DNA of 64,000 nucleotides from Sphingomonas sp. (GCF_041661885.1 NZ_JBAZTL010000009.1:3381-67380); one strand, 5' to 3'; shown: positions 1 to 10,002, numbered from the stretch's first letter. Notes: generated by a model not told the origin, from the sequence alone. Numbers and translations are program-made.

Positions 1-2909
1 GCGAGCCCCTTGATGCTCTCGGGCGATTCGGTCCAGGCGACGGCATATTGGTCATAGGTCACCTTCCAGCGCGCGCGCTGAATCGCGATCGTCAGGTCCT
101 GATCTTCCGCAAGCGTGTCGTCCGGGTAGCCGCCGACTTGCTGGATCGCGGCCAGCCGCCAGGCACCGACTGCACCCGGCACCACCGTCACCGCATCCAG
201 CCGCGCCAGCGCCCGCCGCTCAAGATTCTGTGCCGTGATATATTCGACCGCCTGGAATTTGGTCAGCAGGTTGACGCGGTTGCCAACCTTGGCGTTGCCC
301 GCCACGGCACCGATCTTCGGGTCCACAAACCACCGCGCCAGCCGCGCAATGGTGGTCGGTTCGAATTGGGTATCGGCATCGAGCGCAATGACGATCTCGC
401 CCGTCGCCAGCGCGAGCGCGTGGTTGAGCGCGCGCGCCTTGCCGCCATTTTCGAGCGTCAACAGCTTTACCCGCGGGTCCTGTGCAAAGGCGGACGCGAC
501 GACTTCGCTGGTTTCGTCGCTGGAGCCATCGTCGATCACGATCACTTCAACGCGCACGTCGGTCGAGGCGAGCACACCGCGCACCGCCCGCTCGATCACC
601 AGTTCCTCGTTAAACGCAGGGATCATGACGGTGACGAAGCGAGTCGGGTCGATCTCGGGGAAGATCGTCCGGCTCTCACGCCGTGCCTGAATCAACGCCA
701 GCGCCGACAAGATCACCGCACGCGCGATACCGATGGCGATGGCAAAGAAGAAAATCCACCCCAGGGCGATAACGATCCCGCCGAGTGCGCTGAAGATGAA
801 CAGGTCGGTTGCCGCCGCTGCCTGGTCACTCGCGGACAGCTTCGGCATCACGATATCGCGCGGGAGGCCAGCCAGCGTCGACACCGGCACGAAGGTATAG
901 CCCTTGCCGCGCAATTGATCGATGATTTGTGGCAAAGCCTCGACCGTTTGAGAGCGCTCCCCGCCGGCGTCGTGGAGCAGCACGATATTGCGACTGCATT
1001 GCGGTTCGGGATTGCTCAGGTCGCACTTTGCCGCAGGATCGGTTACCTGCGCCACCGTCGAATCGATGATATTCTGGACGCCCGGGCGCTTCCAATCACC
1101 CGGATCGACGTGCAACCCGACCGAGATATAGCCGCGGTCCTGCGCTTGCAGCGCCGGTTCGATTTCGTCCGCCGTGGTCGGTTCGGCATCGCCAAAATAG
1201 GGGGCACGGAACAGCCGGAGCGAATGGCCGGTAAAGGCCTGAAACAAGCGTTGCGTGGTGTTGAGCTGGAAGGTCGTCTCGGCAAGCGACGCGCCCGCCA
1301 GATTGGGGTGGGTGTAAGTGTGGCTGCCGATTTCGTGGCCCTCGCGGACCATGCGTTCCAGCAACGGGCGCTGGGTCAGCGCATTTTCGCCGACGATGAA
1401 GAAGGTTCCCGGCACCTTCTTTTCCTTCAGGATGTCGAGCACCTTCGGGGTCCAGGTCGGATCGGGGCCGTCATCGAAGGTCAGCGCGACAAGTCCGGGC
1501 TTATAGCCCGTGCGCGCCACGATATAGGGTGAGGGCAAGGTTTCGAACACGGTATTGGCAATCGCGCCGCCCTTGGTGGTCTGGACGCGGCGCACGCCTT
1601 GCACGGGCACGCCTGCAATCTTCAGGATCTCGCCACTGCCGTCGATGTCCACATCGGTGCCAGCCGGAATTTTTTCGATCGAGGACGCGGGCGGCAAGGT
1701 GCGGTGCGAGCGGCCAAAGATCGACCAAAGCCCCGGATCCTCCGATCCCAATCGCCACACGGCAACCCCGTCCAGCCCCGACCGCTCCAGGAAGCGCAAC
1801 TGGTTGTAGGCGGATGCGGCATCCAGCATCCACACCTCATGACGACTGCCGTTTTCCTCATAGGCAAAGCCGGAATTGCCGCTGGCCTTGTCGAACACCG
1901 GCATCGCGTTCGATTGGCGCGCCGTCTCCCACGCTTCATCGACGGCGAGGGGCTCGCCGGTATGGTCGTGCCAATTATAGGCATAGCTGCCGATCGCCAC
2001 CACGATCTTGCTGCGGGGCAAACCGTGCGCCGCGCGGGCGACGGATTGTTCGAACCACGCCTGCGACGCAATCGGCCCAGCGTCGCCGCCAACTTCATGC
2101 TCGTCATAGGCCATCAGAAAAATACGATCGACCACCGGGGCGAAGGCCCGCAGGTTCCAGCCATTCTGCCCATCGGCCTCGCCAATCGGCACCGCGATCG
2201 CGATGACCCAATTATGCTTTGCAAAGCGCGCGCGCGCTTCGGCCAGAAAGGTGCGGAAATCGGCCTGCCCCTTTGCCGACAATTCCTCGAAATCAAAAAA
2301 TGCGCCGCCAGCCCGGTTTGCCACCAGCCACGGTTCGAGCTTGTCGAGAAGGGCCTTGCGCTGCGTAGGGGTGCGCAGCAACGCCTCCATGCCCCGCGCG
2401 TCCCAATCGCCGTTCACCGCATTTTGGATCATCGGCAACAGCAACGGACGGTGCGGCGAGTGGTTGATGATCTCCCGCCCCGCGACATCGCGGAACACGG
2501 TAACCTTATGATTGGGCCCGGTGACCGAAACCCAGCCAGGAATCAGCCAGTCAAGCTCGGCGATATTGCGGCGCAGCGACGCTGAAGAGGATTCGTCCCA
2601 CGGCACATGAAAGGCAATGGCCAGCGGCTGGTCAACGCCAACGCCGCGCGGGCGGGCACCAAGCAGCCGCGCATAATCGGTCAGGTCACCGCGCGCGCTC
2701 TTCAACAGCGGTTCGTGTGGCGGCGGAAGCCTGGTCAATGCGGGGTGTTCGGCTTCGACCGGCAGCAACGGCGCGCGCGGAACCGCGCCGATCGATATGC
2801 CAAGGGCGACTACAGCCACCACGATCAACAAAATAAACGCTGCCACCGCGATCGCGAAGCGGCGGCGGCGCCGCCCCGAAGCATCGTAGAATACGGGGGC
2901 ACTGCTCAT
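1..2909 (-). CDS. Glycoside hydrolase 18-like / NodB polysaccharide deacetylase / GT2 glycosyltransferase fusion (3' end runs off the window)
   Basis: Translated by hand from ATG at 2909 (MSSAPVFYDASGRRRRRF, then a TM segment). Contains GGAFFDFE (GH18-like), LTFDDGPDP and GHEIGSHTYTHP (NodB motifs), and AEDQDLT and AVAWTESPE (processive GT2 motifs). Missing from the ORF track because its stop lies outside the window. Confidence 0.9.
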   Translation of the reverse strand, partial: MSSAPVFYDASGRRRRRFAIAVAAFILLIVVAVVALGISIGAVPRAPLLPVEAEHPALTRLPPPHEPLLKSARGDLTDYARLLGARPRGVGVDQPLAIAFHVPWDESSSASLRRNIAELDWLIPGWVSVTGPNHKVTVFRDVAGREIINHSPHRPLLLPMIQNAVNGDWDARGMEALLRTPTQRKALLDKLEPWLVANRAGGAFFDFEELSAKGQADFRTFLAEARARFAKHNWVIAIAVPIGEADGQNGWNLRAFAPVVDRIFLMAYDEHEVGGDAGPIASQAWFEQSVARAAHGLPRSKIVVAIGSYAYNWHDHTGEPLAVDEAWETARQSNAMPVFDKASGNSGFAYEENGSRHEVWMLDAASAYNQLRFLERSGLDGVAVWRLGSEDPGLWSIFGRSHRTLPPASSIEKIPAGTDVDIDGSGEILKIAGVPVQGVRRVQTTKGGAIANTVFETLPSPYIVARTGYKPGLVALTFDDGPDPTWTPKVLDILKEKKVPGTFFIVGENALTQRPLLERMVREGHEIGSHTYTHPNLAGASLAETTFQLNTTQRLFQAFTGHSLRLFRAPYFGDAEPTTADEIEPALQAQDRGYISVGLHVDPGDWKRPGVQNIIDSTVAQVTDPAAKCDLSNPEPQCSRNIVLLHDAGGERSQTVEALPQIIDQLRGKGYTFVPVSTLAGLPRDIVMPKLSASDQAAAATDLFIFSALGGIVIALGWIFFFAIAIGIARAVILSALALIQARRESRTIFPEIDPTRFVTVMIPAFNEELVIERAVRGVLASTDVRVEVIVIDDGSSDETSEVVASAFAQDPRVKLLTLENGGKARALNHALALATGEIVIALDADTQFEPTTIARLARWFVDPKIGAVAGNAKVGNRVNLLTKFQAVEYITAQNLERRALARLDAVTVVPGAVGAWRLAAIQQVGGYPDDTLAEDQDLTIAIQRARWKVTYDQYAVAWTESPESIKGL

Positions 2910-3097
2910 CGGGTTAGGTGTCCTCGGGGTAAAATCTCATGATCGCATCGGCCCTTTCGCATGGCCGAAACACGACGCCAACATGACATTCATTTCATTC
3001 GGGACTGTACCTTCATCGTGACACACAAGGCTAGGGGTGAACGCGTGCTTGCCCCTGCCAAGCCCGACGCTAGGATATGGCCAACAGGAGGGCCCCC

Positions 3098-4393
3098 ATG
3101 CGTCACATCGCCATCATTGGCTCCGGCCCGGCGGGATATTATACGGCGGAGGGTTGCCAAAAAACGTTCGGCGATACCGCGCGAATCGACATTCTCGATC
3201 GCTTGCCCGTCCCCTACGGCCTCATCCGCAGCGGTGTCGCACCCGACCATCAATCGATCAAAAACGTGGCACGGCGGTATGAAACGGTTGCCTTGAGCGA
3301 CACGGTCCGTTTTGTCGGCAATGTTACCGTGGGAACCGATATTTCGATTTCCGAATTGCTCGATCGCTACGATGCCGTCGTCCTTGCCACCGGCGCGCCC
3401 GCCGACAAATCGCTGGGCGTGGCGGGCGACGATCTTCCAGGCGTCATCGGCTCTGCCGCCTTCGTCGGCTGGTACAACGGCCATCCCGACTTTGCCGACC
3501 TTGCCCCCCCACTTGGCGGCGGCGATGCGGTGGTGATCGGCGCGGGCAACGTCGCGCTCGATGTCGCCCGCATCCTGGCCAAGGCGGAGGACGAATTTGC
3601 GGGGTCCGACATCGCCGCCCACGCGCTGGGGCGATTGCGCGACACACACACCTCCACGATCACCTTGCTCGCGCGGCGCGGGCCACAGCAAATCGCGATG
3701 ACCCCAAAGGAGCTTGGCGAGCTTGCCCATCTCTCGCGCGCGCTGCCCGTGGTCGATCCCGCCGACTTGCCGCCGCCGGAGAGCGATGCCGCACTGGAAC
3801 CCGGTTTGCGAAAATCGGTCTCGCATTTGCGCGCCTTCGCCGAACGCCGCGACGACAAGCCGATTCGCATCGCCTTCGATTTCTTTGCCCGACCGCTGCG
3901 GATTGAAGGCGACGGCCAAGTCGAGCGCGTCATCGTCGCCCGTACCGCGATCGACGATGCGGGAGAGGTGCGGGACACAGGCGAAACCTATGCGGTGCCT
4001 GCCAGCCTTGTCGTCAGTTGCATCGGCTATCGCACGCCGCCGATCGCGGGTGTGCCCTATGACGAAAAGCGCGGGCGCTTCGCCAATGTCGATGGACGGA
4101 TCGCGCCGGGATTATACGCGGTGGGCTGGGCACGGCGTGGGCCAACCGGCACGATCGGCACCAACCGCCCCGATGGCTTCGCCATTGCGGAGTTGATCGC
4201 TGCGGATATCCCGCCGAACAGCGGCAAGCGCGGGCGCGCCGATCTCGACGTGCTCCTGGCGGAACGCGGCGTTGCGGTGGTCACCTTCCGCGATTGGCAA
4301 AAGATCGAAGCTGCGGAAATCGCGCGCGCGCGCAGCGGGGCTCCGCGCGAAAAATTCGCGACGATCGATGCGATGCTCGCCGTGCTCCGGTGA
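3098..4393 (+). CDS. FAD-dependent ferredoxin-NADP+ reductase (adrenodoxin reductase/FprA type)
   Basis: IIGSGPAGYY FAD motif, PYGLIRSGVAPDH, VIGAGNVALD NADPH motif, GWARRGPTG; SD AGGAGG upstream. Confidence 0.9.
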   Translation: MRHIAIIGSGPAGYYTAEGCQKTFGDTARIDILDRLPVPYGLIRSGVAPDHQSIKNVARRYETVALSDTVRFVGNVTVGTDISISELLDRYDAVVLATGAPADKSLGVAGDDLPGVIGSAAFVGWYNGHPDFADLAPPLGGGDAVVIGAGNVALDVARILAKAEDEFAGSDIAAHALGRLRDTHTSTITLLARRGPQQIAMTPKELGELAHLSRALPVVDPADLPPPESDAALEPGLRKSVSHLRAFAERRDDKPIRIAFDFFARPLRIEGDGQVERVIVARTAIDDAGEVRDTGETYAVPASLVVSCIGYRTPPIAGVPYDEKRGRFANVDGRIAPGLYAVGWARRGPTGTIGTNRPDGFAIAELIAADIPPNSGKRGRADLDVLLAERGVAVVTFRDWQKIEAAEIARARSGAPREKFATIDAMLAVLR

Positions 4394-4491
4394 CAAAGCG
4401 AGCCGTGCCGCCAACACCGCGCGCGATCACTACGTTTTTTTGACTTGCTACCGCCGCGCCCTGCGGCTACGCGCTGCGCCCTGCAATGTGT

Positions 4492-4568
4492 CGGGGCGTG
4501 GCGCAGTCTGGTAGCGCACTGGTCTCGGGGTCCAGGGGTCGTAGGTTCGAATCCTATCGCCCCGACCA
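4492..4568 (+). tRNA. tRNA-Pro (anticodon CGG)
   Basis: Cloverleaf: acceptor CGGGGCG/CGCCCCG, D arm GCGC/GCGC, anticodon loop CT-CGG-GG, T arm GTAGG-TTCGAAT-CCTAT, encoded 3' CCA. Confidence 0.97.
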
Positions 4569-4901
4569 TTGCTGGGCTGAATCGAGGATGTGCGCTCCAG
4601 GCGCTGCTCGATAATGAAAGCGGGTTGTCGCGATGGCATGTCGCCGCGACACACTATGCCGCTCCAGTCATCCCCGCATCGTTGAGAACGTGCTGAGCCG
4701 CTCAGCGGCCACCGCGTGACGCGGCGCTTCCCCCTCACAGTCCGGACCAACGTTGCAAAACCGCAACATATCACCATTATCTTGAATTATTACAAAATAT
4801 AGCCGTTTCGGCCTCGATGGGCCTTGAGCTTTTTGCGCCCCATATTTAGCGTCTACGGCACGATGGCGCGGCAGGGGCAGCCCCATCTGGGGGGAATATC
4901 G

Positions 4902-7900
4902 ATGATCACATTTCGCACTCGTGCATTTGCGGCACGCTCGACGCTTTTGGCGTCTGCTGCGACATGGTCGCTCTTGGCCAGTGGCGCGGTACAGGCCACG
5001 ACGCTCAACGACACGCCCGTTGCCGGCAGCAATGGGGCCTATGTGCTTGAGGCGCAGACCAACAAAACCACGCTCCCGGCATCCGACCCCAGCATCGTCA
5101 TCGCGCCCCCCGGAACCTCGGTAACCGATCGCGATCCGGTCAACGTTACCGGCATCGGGCAAATGATCATCGACCAGAGAAATGGTTTCATCGGCCTGTG
5201 TACCGGTACGCTCATCAACCCGCGCACGGTGATCTTTGCGGCGCACTGCGTGAACGAAAGCCCGACCGGTTCCGCGATGAATCCGTGGGGTTATGGCACT
5301 GGCGCGGGCCAATTGCCGATCGCATTTGGATTTCAGGCCAACAACAATCTCGCGGGGAATTCAGCCTTCGGCCATTGGCTCAACGGCACGGCGGGCGGGG
5401 CCAAATATCTGACCTCGGTTTCGGAATATCTCTACAACGTCAACCAGGTTCAATATAACGCGCACTCGCTCGACCTCGGTCTTGCCAACAATTTCCTGCA
5501 GGCCGATGTCGCGATCGCATCGCTCGATACACCTGCGGCGAACGTGCCGACCTGGGCGTTGCTCTTCTCCGCACTGCCTGCGCCAGGATCGATTAGTGAT
5601 ACGACCGGCACCGGTTATCACGTTGCGCTTGCCGGCTATGGCAACACCGGAACGGCGACCAGCGGCACCAATGTCGGCGTCGATTACCGCCGTCGGCTTG
5701 CTGAAAACTATCTTGGCCTGCTGGGCTCGCTGGATGACATCGACATCGGCCTGTTCGGCATCACGCCGCGCGGTCGCCCACAGAATCTTTACCAGATCGA
5801 CTTCGACAGCAGCGGTGCTCCAAATGCACGCAGTAACCGTTTCGATTTCAATATCTTCAAGGATAACGCGCTCCCCGGGGAGGGCATTACCGGCCCCGGC
5901 GATTCGGGTGGCCCGCTGATTCTCGACCGCACCTACGCCAAACAATTGGTGATCGCCGTGCTCTCCGGCGGCACCCGCTATTTCGGCGCGCAGCCCTCGG
6001 GCAGCTACGGCACCAGCGCCTTCTATCAGCCGCTATATCTATATTGGGATTATATCGCCGCTGCGAACCCGTATCGCTACGTCAGCACGCTGGCGGGTGA
6101 CGGCAATTGGACCGACCCGACACACTGGGTGACCAATATCGATCCAGCGTACAACATCATCGTCAACGGTGCGCTGGTCAACGGTGTGCCGACCACGCCC
6201 GGTGAAGGTATAGCGGGCACTGCAGGCAAATTCGGGCAAATCTGCGATCAGGAACCCAATTTCGCCTCCGATGTCTGCTACGATGTAAGGACCGGTGTTT
6301 ATTACGACCACGGCGTCGCGGTCACCGACCCAGTTCCCGGCACTGCCGCTGGCTCGGCTGTTCTGCCTGCAGCCACGCTCGCCAATGGTTTGCCCGGCGC
6401 AACCAACTTCGTCCCCAACAACATCAACCCCGATTCGGTAAACCAGATCAACGCACGTTATTTCGACGTGACGCTGGCCGCCGCTGGCACCACCACGCTT
6501 GGCACATCTGTGACTATCGACCGGCTGACGCTCAACGGCACCGCCGCCAAATTGACCGTCAATAGCGGGGCATCGCTGACCAGCCTCATCAACATCAACC
6601 ATTTGCAGGGCCTTGTTACCAACAACGGCACCATCACCTCGGTCGGCGATTATTTGTTGCTGACGGGCGGCATCACCGGTTCCGGGCGGTTCAACGCCCC
6701 GTATTTCACCAGCGTGAGCGGCATGATCCTACCGGGAACCGCCGGGACGCTGGGCACCATCACCTTCGGCGGCAATCTGGTCCTCTCGTCGGGAACGGTG
6801 CAATTCATCGACCTCGGCCCGGCGGGCACGTCCGACAGGCTCGCCGTCACGGGTGTCGCAAGCGTTGGCGGTGTGGTGGGCTTTGCGCCGGTTGCTGGTC
6901 ACACCATTCGCTATGGCGATCTCTACACGATCCTGACCGCGCAAGGCGGCGTGACCGGGACCTATGCCGCCCCGATTCCGCTCAGCGCGATCCTGACGCC
7001 GCGCTTCGTCTATTCGGCCAATGCGGTACAGGTGGCAATCGACGCCGGACTGTACGCAAACGTCGTCGGCAGTTCGCCGGTACAGCGCGCTTATGCGCAA
7101 CTGCTCGACCAGAACCGGACGATCTACAACACCTTTGCCGATGTTTATGGTCCGCTCGATCTGCAGAATGCCGCCACCATTCAAGGTACGCTCGACAGTC
7201 TTGCGCCGCGTGAGCAGACGCTGAAGCGCGCGCTTGGCACGGTGGCGGTGGACAATATTCAGCGCTTCAACGCCGCTCGCCTGGCCAATCTCGATCATGG
7301 GGATGCCGACGGGACGCTCGCGATCATCGGCAATCCGCTTCTCTTCGCCGCAAGCCGCGCGTCGGGAGAGGTCGCCGCGGGTGGCGCTGGCCTTGCCACC
7401 AACGACACGACACTGCGCCCAGGCAAGTTGCCCGACACGATCAACGGCTTCATCGCCGCTGGCTATCTCAACGGTAGCAGCCGCCCCATGCCAACCGCCG
7501 TTCCCCTTGGCGCGCGGGACCGTTTTGACGGCTTTTATGTCGCAGGCGGCATTGAGGGCGAGCTTAGCCGCCGCACCCTTGCCGGCCTGTCCTTCTCCTA
7601 CACCAATGCCAGCGGTTCGACGACGGGCGGCCAATATGCCCGCGCCGACCTGTTCCAGACCAGCGCCTATGGCAAGGTTACGCTTGCTGGCCCGCTCACG
7701 CTCGACGGCCAGGCCAATTTGGGTTTTCTCGATACCACAACGCGCCGCAACGTCGGGCTGGTGGGAACGCCCTTCACGCTGCGCGGGCATGAAAGCTCGC
7801 TCACCTATTCAGGCCAAATCGGGCTCGGCTATGCGGTCGGCGTGGGCGGTGGCGTGACGGTGACGCCACGGGCAGCGCTCCGTGCCGGGCGGATCGACTG

Positions 7901-8264
7901 GGCGGGTGCGAACGAGACCGGTCACGGAACCGCGCTGCGGATTGCTCCCCTTCCGGCGGACAGTGTCCAGGCATTGACCGGGCTTAACCTGAGCGGGGGC
8001 AAGGCGATCAAGCCGTACCTTTCCGCTTATTATGTCCACGATTTCGTCGACCACCCGACCTCTTTCGGTGCCAATTTCGTCGGCGGCGTCGGGCCGAACG
8101 CGCTGTTCGCACTGGGCGCGCAGGACAAGGACTGGGGCGAAATTGGCGGTGGCCTGTCTTATACCACCAAGGACGTCACACTCTCGGTTGGGGCCGACAC
8201 CACGGTTGGTCGTGGCGATATCTCAAACCAGAGCTACCGCGCGGCGATCAAGATCGCTTTCTAA
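4902..8264 (+). CDS. Autotransporter with N-terminal trypsin-like (S1) serine protease passenger and C-terminal beta-barrel
   Basis: Signal peptide, CTGTLINPRTVIFAAHC (His), ADVAIA (Asp), GDSGGP (Ser), G/T/N-rich passenger, amphipathic C-terminal barrel ending in Phe (IKIAF). Confidence 0.88.
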   Translation: MITFRTRAFAARSTLLASAATWSLLASGAVQATTLNDTPVAGSNGAYVLEAQTNKTTLPASDPSIVIAPPGTSVTDRDPVNVTGIGQMIIDQRNGFIGLCTGTLINPRTVIFAAHCVNESPTGSAMNPWGYGTGAGQLPIAFGFQANNNLAGNSAFGHWLNGTAGGAKYLTSVSEYLYNVNQVQYNAHSLDLGLANNFLQADVAIASLDTPAANVPTWALLFSALPAPGSISDTTGTGYHVALAGYGNTGTATSGTNVGVDYRRRLAENYLGLLGSLDDIDIGLFGITPRGRPQNLYQIDFDSSGAPNARSNRFDFNIFKDNALPGEGITGPGDSGGPLILDRTYAKQLVIAVLSGGTRYFGAQPSGSYGTSAFYQPLYLYWDYIAAANPYRYVSTLAGDGNWTDPTHWVTNIDPAYNIIVNGALVNGVPTTPGEGIAGTAGKFGQICDQEPNFASDVCYDVRTGVYYDHGVAVTDPVPGTAAGSAVLPAATLANGLPGATNFVPNNINPDSVNQINARYFDVTLAAAGTTTLGTSVTIDRLTLNGTAAKLTVNSGASLTSLININHLQGLVTNNGTITSVGDYLLLTGGITGSGRFNAPYFTSVSGMILPGTAGTLGTITFGGNLVLSSGTVQFIDLGPAGTSDRLAVTGVASVGGVVGFAPVAGHTIRYGDLYTILTAQGGVTGTYAAPIPLSAILTPRFVYSANAVQVAIDAGLYANVVGSSPVQRAYAQLLDQNRTIYNTFADVYGPLDLQNAATIQGTLDSLAPREQTLKRALGTVAVDNIQRFNAARLANLDHGDADGTLAIIGNPLLFAASRASGEVAAGGAGLATNDTTLRPGKLPDTINGFIAAGYLNGSSRPMPTAVPLGARDRFDGFYVAGGIEGELSRRTLAGLSFSYTNASGSTTGGQYARADLFQTSAYGKVTLAGPLTLDGQANLGFLDTTTRRNVGLVGTPFTLRGHESSLTYSGQIGLGYAVGVGGGVTVTPRAALRAGRIDWAGANETGHGTALRIAPLPADSVQALTGLNLSGGKAIKPYLSAYYVHDFVDHPTSFGANFVGGVGPNALFALGAQDKDWGEIGGGLSYTTKDVTLSVGADTTVGRGDISNQSYRAAIKIAF

Positions 8265-8287
8265 ACCACGCGCCGCGCAAACACACG

Positions 8288-8319
8288 GGGCCGTCCGGAC
8301 AACCGGGCAGCCCTTTGTG
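8288..8319 (+). terminator. Putative intrinsic terminator after the autotransporter gene
   Basis: GGGCCGTCCGG-ACAA-CCGGGCAGCCC stem (one mismatch, one G.T pair) followed by TTTGT. Confidence 0.5.
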
Positions 8320-8366
8320 CATCGATGCTCGACGCGCGGCGGCGCACCCTGCTACCGCTCCGCACC

Positions 8367-8936
8367 ATGACCGTTCTCGAAATCGTTGCGTTCCTGCTTG
8401 GCCTCGCCAACGTCACGCTGGTCGTGCTGCGCAGCATTTGGAACTATATCTTCGGCCTCGCGATGGTTGCGCTTTACGCGATCATCTTTCTTGACGCGCG
8501 GCTGTACAGCGATGCGCTGCTGCAGGTGTTTTTCTTCGTCGTGCAAATCTATGGCTGGTGGAACTGGTCCCGCGTCCGCGCGCAAGCAGGCGAAGTGACG
8601 ATCGGGCTTCTGACCAACCGCACCCGCTTGCGCTGGGCGATCGGATGCCTGATTGCGGCCGCCCTGTGGGGATTTGGGATGCACCGCTTTACCAATGCGG
8701 CCCTACCCTGGGCCGATGCGACGCTCGCGGTGATGAGTATCGCAGCGCAGACGTTGCAATCGCGCCGCACGGTTGAAAGCTGGTGGTTGTGGATCGCGGT
8801 CGATATCGGCTCGCTTGGCCTTTATGCCGCCAAGGGATTATGGCTGACAATGCTGCTCTACGCCATCTTCCTGGGGCTGGCGATTTGGGGCCTGCTCGAC
8901 TGGCAACGCGTTGCGCGACGGACCGTTGCGGCATGA
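8367..8936 (+). CDS. pnuC: PnuC-family vitamin (nicotinamide riboside-type) transporter
   Basis: Hydrophobic 189-aa protein with YGWWNW and ESWWLWIAVD motifs typical of PnuC. Confidence 0.9.
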   Translation: MTVLEIVAFLLGLANVTLVVLRSIWNYIFGLAMVALYAIIFLDARLYSDALLQVFFFVVQIYGWWNWSRVRAQAGEVTIGLLTNRTRLRWAIGCLIAAALWGFGMHRFTNAALPWADATLAVMSIAAQTLQSRRTVESWWLWIAVDIGSLGLYAAKGLWLTMLLYAIFLGLAIWGLLDWQRVARRTVAA

Positions 8937-9454
8937 CCGTGATTTGCCTGCACGGGCCCGAAAGCACAGGCAAGTCGACGCTGATCGAACAGCTCGCCAC
9001 GCACTATGCGACGGTGTTCGTCCCCGAATATGGCCGCACGTTCGCCGAACAGCATGGGACCGATTTTACAATGGCCGATCTGGTTGAGATCGCGCAGACG
9101 CATGATGCGATGACGCAAGCCGCGCTCAGCACCGGTGCCGACCCCGTGTTGCTCGATACCGACCCGCTGATGACGGCGGTGTGGGCCGACATGCTGTTCG
9201 GCACGCGCGACCCGTGGTTCGACGCATGGCACAATACCGCCGACCTGTACCTGCTGCTCGACATCGATTTGCCGTGGATCGATGACGGCACGCGCCTGTT
9301 CGGCAGCACAGCGGAGCGACAGCGCTTCTTCGACCTGTCGCGCGCCGAGTTGGAGCGGCGCCACCTGCCCTACACAATCGTCGCCGGTCGCGGCCCCGCT
9401 CGCCTTGCCGCCGCATGTACGGCGATCAGGGCGGCGGGGTTCGGCCTTGGTTAG
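8933..9454 (+). CDS. NadR-type AAA kinase (ribosylnicotinamide kinase-like, AAA_28)
   Basis: GPESTGKST Walker A, VPEYGR, DTD, LPWIDDGTR motifs; ATGA overlap with pnuC. Confidence 0.85.
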   Translation: MTVICLHGPESTGKSTLIEQLATHYATVFVPEYGRTFAEQHGTDFTMADLVEIAQTHDAMTQAALSTGADPVLLDTDPLMTAVWADMLFGTRDPWFDAWHNTADLYLLLDIDLPWIDDGTRLFGSTAERQRFFDLSRAELERRHLPYTIVAGRGPARLAAACTAIRAAGFGLG

Positions 9455-9459
9455 CGGCT

Positions 9460-10002
9460 TCAGCCCTTATGCTTGGCGCGCCAATCCTTGACCGCCTGCA
9501 ACGTTGCCTCGACATGCCCAACCGGGTTGTTCTGCGTCAATTCGTAGATAACCGTGCCATCGGGCGCGATGACGTAAGAGGTGCGGCTGGTGATCGAGGC
9601 ACCCGCTTTATACGGCACGCCATAACCCGTAATCATCGCAGGCGTTGCGGCCGCGACCGGAAACTTATTGCGACATTCTTCCTTGGAGAAGGCGGCGATC
9701 TTGTCGACATTACCCGCCGTCAGCCCGATCAGGGTCGCGCCGTTCTTGGCATAATCCGCCGCCGCTTCGGCAAAATTATGCGCCTCGATCGTGCAGCCGG
9801 TCGTGAAGGCGGCTGGGAAGAAATAGACGACGACCGGCCCCTTTTTCAGCGCCTTGGCCAGCGTGAAGCTGAAAGGCGCTCCGGCAAGCGCCCCCTGCGT
9901 GGTGAAATCGGGAGCCTTCGCTCCAACCTTGAGCGCAGCGGTGGCGGGCGTCGCCATCGCGAGGGCGAGGCCGACGACGACAAGCGGGGTGGCGAACTTC
10001 AT
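9460..10002 (-). CDS. Peroxiredoxin (BCP/AhpC-TSA family) with predicted signal peptide
   Basis: FFPAAFTTGCTIE (PxxxTxxC peroxidatic motif), SRTSYVIAPDG; hydrophobic N-terminus ending in an AxA site. Confidence 0.88.
   Translation of the reverse strand: MKFATPLVVVGLALAMATPATAALKVGAKAPDFTTQGALAGAPFSFTLAKALKKGPVVVYFFPAAFTTGCTIEAHNFAEAAADYAKNGATLIGLTAGNVDKIAAFSKEECRNKFPVAAATPAMITGYGVPYKAGASITSRTSYVIAPDGTVIYELTQNNPVGHVEATLQAVKDWRAKHKG

Noticed and set aside
4569-4901. Possible genomic island integrated at tRNA-Pro
   Set aside because: No integrase next to the tRNA and no duplicate of the tRNA 3' end noticed in the window.
8265-8366. Riboswitch upstream of pnuC
   Set aside because: About 100 bp holding only a terminator-like hairpin and a promoter-like sequence; no TPP, FMN or other aptamer consensus recognised.
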